Assembly: GCF_000018465.1 (NCBI RefSeq) | Contig: NC_010085.1 | Coordinates: forward strand, 120,001 to 152,000 | Direction: 5' to 3' | From: Nitrosopumilus maritimus SCM1 | Lineage (GTDB): Archaea > Thermoproteota > Nitrososphaeria > Nitrososphaerales > Nitrosopumilaceae | Length of the DNA: 32,000 bases | In this document: one piece after another, positions 1 through 7,630 of the stretch | How the letters are laid out: every line of letters starts with the position of its first letter | Numbering within the stretch: position 1 is the stretch's first letter | Program-made: the position numbers and the translations under genes | Notes under the pieces: generated by a model | What the model was told of the DNA's origin: nothing | Seen by the model: the letters and a program-made list of their open reading frames with translations, nothing else | The model's database searches: none

Positions 1-735
1 TCCCTTCCAACTAGAAAGAGTGGTAAGAGTTGAAAAACACATCCATCTTCCATCATCTCTATTCCAATCTATATCTGAATCAGGATCAATTGGATCTACC
101 CCGTGAGATATTTGTGGGTAAAATGCTATAGCATCACCCGGTGAAACTAAATTATCTACAAAAAGTTTCTCATTATTTTCATCTCTTACGAATAAACCTC
201 CTTTTTTGTAATCTTTAGGGGCTGAGCTAAGGATCGTATCAATAACAAGTTTCTGACCTATATCGGGATCTTTGTGTTCTTGCATGTACCCACCTCCACA
301 TGGATATTGTTGAATACTCGGAATCGAAATAAAATCATCATCTAAATTATTTAATGCATAATCTTCCTTTAATCCTGAAATTAAATTTCTTAATCTAAAT
401 TGTCTTTTAAAATAATTTGCAATAGGATTTGTTTCTGAATTCCAATAAAAAAAACAATAAAGATGATTTATTCTTTTAACTTGTGATTTTTCTGGATTGT
501 TATCTATTCTGTGAAAATTTGGAATGTTTAAATCAATTTCAGGACAAGAATCATGATTATTTTTTGCAAATTCTCGTGAAAATTCTCTAATTTCTTGTGC
601 TTCTTTTTGAGAAAGCAGATTCTTAATAATTACTAAATTTTTTGATAGGATATTTTCCTTAATTTCATCAATGGATTTGTCTAATTTACACTCATCTCTA
701 TTCCTATCTAAAACATTAACTTCTAAAATTTTCAA
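1..735 (-). CDS. 2OG-Fe(II) oxygenase-like protein; the C-terminus is cut by the window edge
   Basis: I translated the minus strand by hand and found an open frame from TTG (complement of 733-735) to position 1, 245 codons, with an in-frame TGA just upstream. The product reads LKILEVNVLDRNRDE...QQYPCGGGYMQEHKDPD...AFYPQISHGVDPI. H-x-D (EHKDPD) followed about 60 aa later by a distal His (ISHG) fits the 2-His-1-carboxylate triad of 2OG oxygenases. It is absent from the supplied ORF track, presumably because it runs off the edge. Confidence 0.55.
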   Translation of the reverse strand, partial: MKILEVNVLDRNRDECKLDKSIDEIKENILSKNLVIIKNLLSQKEAQEIREFSREFAKNNHDSCPEIDLNIPNFHRIDNNPEKSQVKRINHLYCFFYWNSETNPIANYFKRQFRLRNLISGLKEDYALNNLDDDFISIPSIQQYPCGGGYMQEHKDPDIGQKLVIDTILSSAPKDYKKGGLFVRDENNEKLFVDNLVSPGDAIAFYPQISHGVDPIDPDSDIDWNRDDGRWMCFSTLTTLSSWKG

Positions 736-841
736 TATTTTGTGATGATGTCATCTATATAAAAACATGTTTTTAAATCTAATTTTTGATTTTATCACAC
801 ATACCAATAAATTCTTAAAAATGAACATGTGTGAATTTTAG

Positions 842-1897
842 ATGATAACAATGAAATCTTTTTCTGCATTAGACCGAGTTTTTGTAATTGCTGAAGCTGG
901 TTCTAATTGGAAATGTGGTGATTACTCTGACGATTTGGAACAAGCAAAAAAATTAATTGAAACTGCAGCAAAAGCCGGAGCAGATGCTGTAAAATTTCAA
1001 ACTTACAAACCTGAAACAATTTATGTTTCAGATGCAGGTAACAGTGATTATTTAGAAAAATATGGGATAAAAGAAAACATTAATGAAATTTTTGAACACT
1101 TATCCATGCCATATGAGATGATTCCTGAATTAAAGAAATATTGTGATGAAAAAAATATTCAATTTATGTCCACACCATTTTCAGTTCAAGATGCAAAAGA
1201 AGTTGATAAATTTACAGAAATTCATAAAGTTGCTTCATTTGAAATAAACCACATACGATTGCTAGAATTTTTGGCTAAAACTCAAAAACCCATAATTGTT
1301 TCAACGGGTGCTAGTACATTCAAAGAAATTGATTTTGCAATAAATCTAATTAGAAAGAACGGCAATGATAATATTGCTTTAATGCAATGCACCTCAAAAT
1401 ATCCCTGCCCTATTGATTCATTAAATCTAAAAACTATTTCAACGATGGGACAAAAATACAAAATTCCTGTTGGTCTTTCAGATCATTCATTAGATCCCAT
1501 CATTGGACCTATCACTGCAATTTCCCTTGGTGCAAAATTTATTGAAAAACACTTTACTTTAGACAAAAATTTACCTGGGCCAGATCACCCTTTTGCATTA
1601 AACCCAGATGAACTAGAATTAATGATTACTTCAATCCGTAATACTGAAAAAGCTCTTGGAACAGGCATAAAAGAAATTTTACCTGTTGAAGACGAACTCA
1701 GAAAATTTGCCAAACGTTCAATTCAAGCAATTCAAGATATTAAAAAAGGTGATTTATTGATTGAAGGACAAAATTTTGAAATTCTTCGACCTGGGAACAG
1801 ATTAAGAGGAATGGATCCACTTTATCTAGATACTATTTCTGGAAAAAAATCCAAAAAAGATGTTCAAAAAGGTGATGGAATCATTGATGTAGAATAA
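842..1897 (+). CDS. NeuB/PseI/SpsE-family nonulosonic acid synthase (paralogue 1, divergent)
   Basis: N-terminal VIAEAGSNW...AKAGADAVKFQTYK is the NeuB TIM-barrel entry motif. GLSDHS and IEKHFTLD carry the metal-binding His residues, and PGPDHPFALNPDEL is also present. The C-terminal ~60 aa (IQAIQDIKKGDLL...) looks like a SAF/antifreeze-like domain. An alternative ATG lies at 851. Confidence 0.85.
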   Translation: MITMKSFSALDRVFVIAEAGSNWKCGDYSDDLEQAKKLIETAAKAGADAVKFQTYKPETIYVSDAGNSDYLEKYGIKENINEIFEHLSMPYEMIPELKKYCDEKNIQFMSTPFSVQDAKEVDKFTEIHKVASFEINHIRLLEFLAKTQKPIIVSTGASTFKEIDFAINLIRKNGNDNIALMQCTSKYPCPIDSLNLKTISTMGQKYKIPVGLSDHSLDPIIGPITAISLGAKFIEKHFTLDKNLPGPDHPFALNPDELELMITSIRNTEKALGTGIKEILPVEDELRKFAKRSIQAIQDIKKGDLLIEGQNFEILRPGNRLRGMDPLYLDTISGKKSKKDVQKGDGIIDVE

Positions 1898-1899
1898 TG

Positions 1900-2988
1900 T
1901 TAATTACTAAACTTATTTACATTTTGAATTATTTTATCTACATCATTTTCAGAAAGGTTTGGATGTATGGGTAATGTGACAATTTTTGATGCTACAGATT
2001 CTGTTATTGGTAATTTTACTTTATTTTTATAAAATTTCATTTTATGTATGGGAGAATAATGAGTTCCTATTTCAATTCCTTTCTCAAATAATTTTTTCAT
2101 AAATTTTTCTCTATTATCAACCTGAATCCAGAAAAAGTGATATGAACAATCTTGAGAAAATGGCATTTTTTCTTCAAGATTGATTTCTGTTGAATATTGT
2201 TTCGCAATTTTTTTCCTAATTTTATTCATTTTATCGAGTTTCTTTAACTGTTCTAAACCGATCACAGCTGAAAATTCATTAAGATAAGCATTCCATCCCA
2301 ACTCTGTAATATCATATTGTGAGTTGTGCCTATTTGATATGCCACACCATCTTTTTATTTTTATTAAATTAGAATTTACTTTATTTTTTTTACCATTGAG
2401 TGTTATGGCTCCCCCATTCGGCATTGCCAAATTTTTTACAGGATGAAAACTAAAGCAAATCGCTTCACTTACAGTACCAATCTTTTTCTCTTTGTATTTT
2501 GCACCTGCTGCATGAGCAGCATCTTCAACAAGATTTATTTGATTTTCTTTACAAATTTTCCTAATTTTATCTAAATCTGCAGGAAATCCTCCAAAATGAA
2601 CTGGAATAATTACTTTGGTTTTTCTTGTAATGTGTTTTTTTATTTTTTCTACATCTATACACAATGTTTTAGGATCTACATCAACAAAAACTGGTTTAGC
2701 ATTGTTATATAATGCTGAATGTGCAGTTGATACAAAGGAAAGAGATGGCATAATTATTTCACTATTTTTTACATCAAACAATGATACAGCTAATTGAAGT
2801 GCTGATGTGCCATTGTTAACAGTAACACAACTATTTGAGCCAATGTACTCATTGAATTTTTTCTCAAATTTTTGTACATTCCCAACACCTGAACCCGATG
2901 CCCAATAACCACTTTTTAGAACTTTATTTATTGCAATTTCTTCTTTAGTTCCAATAATAGGATCAAAAAGTTTTATTCTTTTTTTCAT
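1900..2988 (-). CDS. DegT/DnrJ/EryC1/StrS-family PLP-dependent sugar aminotransferase (PseC-like)
   Basis: The length (362 aa), GSGVGNVQKFEKKF, LVEDAAHAAGA and FSFHPVKNL (PLP lysine) are typical of this family. A 4-bp start/stop overlap joins it to the downstream GNAT gene. Confidence 0.85.
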   Translation of the reverse strand: MKKRIKLFDPIIGTKEEIAINKVLKSGYWASGSGVGNVQKFEKKFNEYIGSNSCVTVNNGTSALQLAVSLFDVKNSEIIMPSLSFVSTAHSALYNNAKPVFVDVDPKTLCIDVEKIKKHITRKTKVIIPVHFGGFPADLDKIRKICKENQINLVEDAAHAAGAKYKEKKIGTVSEAICFSFHPVKNLAMPNGGAITLNGKKNKVNSNLIKIKRWCGISNRHNSQYDITELGWNAYLNEFSAVIGLEQLKKLDKMNKIRKKIAKQYSTEINLEEKMPFSQDCSYHFFWIQVDNREKFMKKLFEKGIEIGTHYSPIHKMKFYKNKVKLPITESVASKIVTLPIHPNLSENDVDKIIQNVNKFSN

Positions 2989-3404
2989 TTTAGATTTTTC
3001 TCTTTTACAAGTTCAAAAGTATATTGAATTAATTTAAATCCATTATTTTTATAGAATGTTATCAAACTTTTATTTTTATAATTTGTATTTGCTAGATACC
3101 TAGATTTTGGGTGTTTCTCTAGAATTAATTCCAATACATGATTCATATTTTTGTTAGAATCAAATTTTGGTAAAAAATGCATAGAAATTTCATCTTGTTT
3201 ACTAATATATGTAGAACCAATCTTTTTTTTATTTTCAAAAATAATATACCATTTTTGATAAGGTTTAGATTTGACAAACTTTGTATGTTCATTATAACTA
3301 GGCATATTCTTATGTGAAATATTTTCTAATGGTTTTCTTAATTTGAGAAGTTGATATAAAAATCGAATATCTTTCTCATCCACCAATTTTAAAATAATTG
3401 TCAT
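2985..3404 (-). CDS. GNAT-family N-acetyltransferase (PseH-like candidate)
   Basis: The protein is 139 aa. C-terminal NYKNKSLITFYKNNGFKLI matches the GNAT motif-B pattern N-x2-A/S-x3-Y-x-K-x-GF. It is translationally coupled to the aminotransferase. Confidence 0.6.
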   Translation of the reverse strand: MTIILKLVDEKDIRFLYQLLKLRKPLENISHKNMPSYNEHTKFVKSKPYQKWYIIFENKKKIGSTYISKQDEISMHFLPKFDSNKNMNHVLELILEKHPKSRYLANTNYKNKSLITFYKNNGFKLIQYTFELVKEKNLK

Positions 3405-3482
3405 TTTCTTCTTTTCCTTATATTGATTATATAAAATGAATTAAAAACAATTAAGTTATTTTGTTTTAATTTAACAAATATT

Positions 3483-4076
3483 GTGATTGATATTGTTTGT
3501 TTTTTATCTAGGCCTCATGGATTTGCGGTACTAGAAAAACTAATTAAAATAAAAAAATTTAACATATTAAAATTATACACACATTCTTTAAATCCAAAAT
3601 CCCAAGATCCAAACAGATCAATTAGAACTGATTTTAAATTATTTCAACAAATATGTGAACAAAATAATATAGATTTAGAATCAATTGATTCAAAAGAATC
3701 TGAAATTACTTCTTTCCCAAACTGTGATTATATAATAGAAGTTTCATGGCGTTATTTAATTCCCACAAAAATTTTATCACTAGCTAGAAAAGACGCATTT
3801 GGAATACATCGAGGTAAATTACCTGATTATGCAGGTGCAGAACCAATAAAACAAGCATTGTTAAAAAATGATAATAAAATTATTCTGTCTGCCCATTATT
3901 TAGCTAATAAAATTGACATGGGAAATGTCATAGATACTGTAGAACATGATGTGAATTATGATAAAAGTAAATCTTTTGAGGAAAATATTCAGAGACTTAG
4001 AGATGAAATAACACCATTTTTCCCTCAATTGGCAATATCTGCAATAAATGTATTAGAAGAAAAAAATTCTGATTAA
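3483..4076 (+). CDS. Formyltransferase-like protein (Formyl_trans_N domain only)
   Basis: GTG start. SWRYLIP...FGIHRGKLPDYAGAEPIKQALL resembles the HxSLLPxxRG-xxPIxWAI core of Fmt/PurN-type formyltransferases. At 197 aa it has no Fmt C-terminal domain. Confidence 0.6.
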   Translation: MIDIVCFLSRPHGFAVLEKLIKIKKFNILKLYTHSLNPKSQDPNRSIRTDFKLFQQICEQNNIDLESIDSKESEITSFPNCDYIIEVSWRYLIPTKILSLARKDAFGIHRGKLPDYAGAEPIKQALLKNDNKIILSAHYLANKIDMGNVIDTVEHDVNYDKSKSFEENIQRLRDEITPFFPQLAISAINVLEEKNSD

Positions 4077-4077
4077 T

Positions 4078-4836
4078 ATGAAATTCTGTAATGTTGGTAT
4101 AATTATTCAAGCAAGAACTGGTTCTGATAGATTCCCAAAAAAGGTTCTTGCATCTATTGAAAAAAAACCTATGATTTGGCATATTGTCAATAGATGCAAA
4201 AAAGTCAAAAATATTGATAAAATTATTTTGGCTACTACAACACTAAAAGAAGACTATCCTTTAATTTCATTAGCAAAAAAAAATAAGATAGAATATTTTC
4301 GTGGTTCTAAGAATGACGTGTTAGATAGATTTTACCAATGTTCAACTTCAAATAATTTAGATATCATAATACGAATAACAGGAGATTGCCCCTTAGTAGA
4401 TCCAAAACTAATTGATCAATTTTTAGATTTTTTCTCTCATAAAAAATATGATTATGTTAGTAATACTATTAATCCAACATATCCTGATGGTCTCGATATA
4501 GAAATTTTTTCCTTTAAAGCATTAAAAAAAGCATGGAATATGTCTAAAAAAAAATCAAATAGGGAACATGTTACTACATTCATAAAACATCATCCTGAAA
4601 AATTTAAAATTAAAAATTTTGAAAATAATACTAATTTATCAAATTATAGATTGACTGTAGATCATAAAAATGATCTAAAATTAATTCGGAAAATTTACAA
4701 AGAATTTCGTCCTAACATTAAATTTAGTACCAAATCAGTAATTTCATTGTTAAACAAAAATCCTGAATTATTCAAAATCAATCAGAACATATCTAGAAAT
4801 GAAGGTTATGAAAAATCTCTTTTAAATGATAACTAA
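4078..4836 (+). CDS. Cytidylyltransferase, CTP_transf_3/SpsF-like (CMP-sugar synthetase candidate, paralogue 1)
   Basis: N-terminal IIIQARTGSDRFPKKVL is the acylneuraminate cytidylyltransferase/SpsF P-loop-like motif, and ITGDCPLVDP is also present. It starts 1 nt after the upstream stop. Confidence 0.75.
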   Translation: MKFCNVGIIIQARTGSDRFPKKVLASIEKKPMIWHIVNRCKKVKNIDKIILATTTLKEDYPLISLAKKNKIEYFRGSKNDVLDRFYQCSTSNNLDIIIRITGDCPLVDPKLIDQFLDFFSHKKYDYVSNTINPTYPDGLDIEIFSFKALKKAWNMSKKKSNREHVTTFIKHHPEKFKIKNFENNTNLSNYRLTVDHKNDLKLIRKIYKEFRPNIKFSTKSVISLLNKNPELFKINQNISRNEGYEKSLLNDN

Positions 4837-5885
4837 TATCTAATGTATTGAACCTTTCCTTTTTTAGCAGATTCTAATGCAGCATTACCAATTTTCAAAG
4901 TTTCTAATGCATCCCATCCATCAATGGTGGGTTTTGTATCCTTAATTATAGATGAAATAAAATCATACATTTCTTTTTGATACATTTCATTAACTTTTTC
5001 TGAAATTTTTTGAATTTTTCTTTGGGTATCTAATTTTTGAGATGTAATAGTAATATTCGCTATATTTTGATAATTTTTATTTTTTTTCTTTATATTGAAA
5101 TCCCAATTGAATTCTTTATCTTCAAATAATATCTTACAATTTCTTTGATAGCTTGGTCTTAAAAAATCTAAAGTAAGATTAGCTATCGTACCTTTTTTGA
5201 ATTTTAATACTATTGATGCTAAACTTTCAGAATATTTACTTAATTTGGGAGTTTTAATTGATTGACAATAAACAGATTCTACTTTATCTTCCAATAACCA
5301 TTTGATTAAATCATATTCATGTGAATCATCAAGGATAATTCCGTTATTTTTTTTCAAAATATAGTGGTTTTTGAAATTGCTATTTGGATGCCAATATTTG
5401 ATATGATGACCAAAATTACTAGAAATTAGATACGGAGATTTATTCTGTTTTTTCAAAATATTTTTTAATTCATTTAATCCTGAATTATATCTAAAATTAT
5501 ATCCAACAAAAATTTTCAATTTCTTTGAATCCGCATTTTTTAAGAGGAGTTTTACTTTGTTAGGATCATGTGAAATCGGCTTTTCGATAAAAATATGTGA
5601 TGATTTTTTCAAACACTTTTCAGCTAATGTGATGTGTGATGCAGGATCTGTACATATTATTGATAAGTCAGGATTAACTGAAAGTGATTTGTCTGTTGAA
5701 AAATGTCCTTTAACATTATACTTGGCTTCTAATTTCTTTACTTTGTTTTTATCAAAATCAACTATATGTAATGAATTCACTCCAAAATTTTTTAGATTAT
5801 AGATATGGCGTTCCCCAATAGATCCACACCCAATTACTACAACTGTTAATTTTTTGATTTTTTTAGAAAAATCATTCATTACCAT
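4833..5885 (-). CDS. Gfo/Idh/MocA-family NAD(P)-dependent oxidoreductase (paralogue 1)
   Basis: It has the Rossmann motif VVVIGCGSIGERH and the family-typical EKP motif (IFIEKPIS). Its stop codon shares the tetranucleotide CTAA with the stop of the convergent 4078-4836 gene. Confidence 0.75.
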   Translation of the reverse strand: MVMNDFSKKIKKLTVVVIGCGSIGERHIYNLKNFGVNSLHIVDFDKNKVKKLEAKYNVKGHFSTDKSLSVNPDLSIICTDPASHITLAEKCLKKSSHIFIEKPISHDPNKVKLLLKNADSKKLKIFVGYNFRYNSGLNELKNILKKQNKSPYLISSNFGHHIKYWHPNSNFKNHYILKKNNGIILDDSHEYDLIKWLLEDKVESVYCQSIKTPKLSKYSESLASIVLKFKKGTIANLTLDFLRPSYQRNCKILFEDKEFNWDFNIKKKNKNYQNIANITITSQKLDTQRKIQKISEKVNEMYQKEMYDFISSIIKDTKPTIDGWDALETLKIGNAALESAKKGKVQYIRY

Positions 5886-5942
5886 TCCTCATTTTAGAAA
5901 TATAAAAATTAGAATGTTTAGATTTAGCTGAAAATGTAAAAT

Positions 5943-7181
5943 TCATTTTTTTTCTACAAGTTTTGCTTGTAAGAATTTATTCACATAATCTAACAAAACA
6001 AAAAAATCTAAATTTAATTTTTCAGCAATTTCTACTATTGAATTATCTCCTTCAAATTCAAGAAAAATTTTTTCCAACATTTTATTTAATTCTAAATCAT
6101 CTCTCCAGTCTACCCATAATCCGTATTTTGAAAGGTGTGGTGGACCTTTAAATTTTCTAATTGGCGTGTAGTTATTTTCTAATGCCTCCAAAATCTTTAA
6201 AACCAATTTTTTAGATTCTTCTAAATTTTCTTTTTTTATAATTGAAATATTGTCATCACTGGTATGGTATTCTGGATATGGCCATCTGCTGATTGAAATC
6301 ATTGGTATGTTTACTCCTGGACCATTGAAAACCATTTCATCATTACTTATAATTTCACGGAAGTCTCCTGTTTTGAATTCTTTCTGATTATGTTTAATTA
6401 CATTCTCTGCAATTTTATCAATTTCAGTATTTTTTTGCCTACTAAATTGTAATGAATGAAAATTATCATTTCCTAACATTTCTAAAAATAATCCAAATTT
6501 CATGTCTGAAATTAATTCTTCATTTTGACTAAGATAAGCTATTGAACCTATTGTTTCAGGGAGGAATAAAATTCTGTAACTATATTTTAGATTATTTTTT
6601 TCTAAAAGATTTTTTCCTATATCTACTAAAACAGAAACGCCTGAAAGATCATCATTTGCCATTGCAGGATGGCATAAATGTGCAACAAGAACAATGGTTT
6701 CTTTTAATTCTCCTTTAACGAATAATTCTCCAATTTTTAATTCTCCTTCTTTAAATTCAGAATTTATAACTACATGGTAATTTTTTTCAGTAAAATCTTT
6801 TAATTTGTTAAATTGTACACAAAAACCCCAATCGTTCTGATAATATTTGTAATCAAATGGAATGGCATTTGGCCTTTCTTTATTTGATGATAAATGTTTC
6901 ATTAATTCTTCTTTAGAAATTATTTTATCAATTGGAGTAGAATATGATGCTAAATGAAGTGGATGATCTTTTACATCAATAATTTTCCCCCCATTATTTT
7001 CAATAAAAGCTTCTTTAACTTCCCATGCTAAGGGAACTTCCCATGTCCAACATTTTGTTCCCGAAGGAATTTTATGAATTTTTAAGGGTAGTATTTTTGA
7101 AATGTATTCAAGTGATTCATCATAATCTATTGAAACAAGATTTCTCTGTTTTTGATATAGATCATTAATTAAATTATACAC
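5943..7181 (-). CDS. Aminopeptidase-like (M28-like, DUF4910-type) protein of unknown role in glycan clusters
   Basis: VAHLCHPAMANDDLSGV resembles the conserved HP-x-ANDN-SG core I associate with DUF2172/DUF4910 proteins. The family assignment is from memory and its function is unknown. Confidence 0.5.
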   Translation of the reverse strand: MYNLINDLYQKQRNLVSIDYDESLEYISKILPLKIHKIPSGTKCWTWEVPLAWEVKEAFIENNGGKIIDVKDHPLHLASYSTPIDKIISKEELMKHLSSNKERPNAIPFDYKYYQNDWGFCVQFNKLKDFTEKNYHVVINSEFKEGELKIGELFVKGELKETIVLVAHLCHPAMANDDLSGVSVLVDIGKNLLEKNNLKYSYRILFLPETIGSIAYLSQNEELISDMKFGLFLEMLGNDNFHSLQFSRQKNTEIDKIAENVIKHNQKEFKTGDFREIISNDEMVFNGPGVNIPMISISRWPYPEYHTSDDNISIIKKENLEESKKLVLKILEALENNYTPIRKFKGPPHLSKYGLWVDWRDDLELNKMLEKIFLEFEGDNSIVEIAEKLNLDFFVLLDYVNKFLQAKLVEKK

Positions 7182-7274
7182 ACATCTCTCTAATGTATAT
7201 GATATTTAATTTATCATCTTGATTTGTTTTTTTGTTCTCTAAACTATTTAGCCTCTTATATTCAATAATTTATA

Positions 7275-7622
7275 ATGATTTCAGTAGGTGTTGACATAGA
7301 AAAAATCAATAGATTTGAATCATTATTACCTGAATCTTCATTTATAAAAAAAATTTTCTCTCCTGAGGAAATTAAATACTGTTTTTCAAAAAAACACCCT
7401 GCAGAAACTTTAGCAGCAAAATTTGCAGGAAAAGAAGCTATTATTAAAGCATTAAATGGTTTAAACTATAAATCTAATTCTTATCATGAAATAGAGATTT
7501 TAAATAAAAATGATAATTCTCCTTATGTGAACTTGAAAAATTTTTTAAATTATCATATATCGATTAGTTTATCTCATTCTGATCAATATGCTATTGCATT
7601 TGTTTTAATTTTTAATAAATAA
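7275..7622 (+). CDS. acpS: Holo-[acyl-carrier-protein] synthase (AcpS-type 4'-phosphopantetheinyl transferase)
   Basis: The protein is 115 aa. GVDIEKINRF, FSPEEIKYC, AAKFAGKEAIIKAL and ISLSHSDQYAIAFV are all classic AcpS blocks in the correct order. Confidence 0.85.
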   Translation: MISVGVDIEKINRFESLLPESSFIKKIFSPEEIKYCFSKKHPAETLAAKFAGKEAIIKALNGLNYKSNSYHEIEILNKNDNSPYVNLKNFLNYHISISLSHSDQYAIAFVLIFNK

Positions 7623-7630
7623 GATTCTAA

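Noticed and set aside
761-834. Palindrome AAAAACATGTTTTT (761-774) and inverted repeat TCACACAT/ATGTGTGA (796-803 / 827-834) in the divergent spacer upstream of NeuB1.
   Set aside because: These are short, AT-rich and plausible by chance. There is no second copy elsewhere in the window to suggest a shared operator. They are noted only as possible promoter-region symmetry.
2615-2797. Short ORFs of 60-91 aa in the supplied track that lie inside larger genes, mostly antisense and one (23352-23537) same-strand out of frame. These are 2615-2797, 3997-4182, 5557-5802, 5963-6151, 10744-10953, 11215-11445, 11361-11555, 11689-11964, 12527-12766, 12779-13021, 13044-13262, 14001-14222, 14553-14795, 15084-15281, 16957-17178, 22132-22320, 23352-23537, 26443-26652, 28221-28421, 30605-30799 and 31091-31330.
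   Set aside because: Each lies within or overlaps a longer ORF that has clear family motifs. Their translations are low-complexity (Phe/Leu/Ile/Ser-rich) with no recognisable motif. They are best explained as chance ORFs, and none is reported as a feature.
4270-4285. Homopolymeric A/T runs of 8-9 nt inside coding regions as possible phase-variation switches for glycan genes. Examples are A9 near 4275-4283, A9 near 4546-4554, A8 near 10523-10530 and T8 near 7713-7720.
   Set aside because: In a genome this AT-rich, Lys (AAA) and Phe (TTT) codon runs produce such tracts routinely. They are not concentrated near 5' ends, and I know of no evidence for slipped-strand phase variation in this kind of organism.
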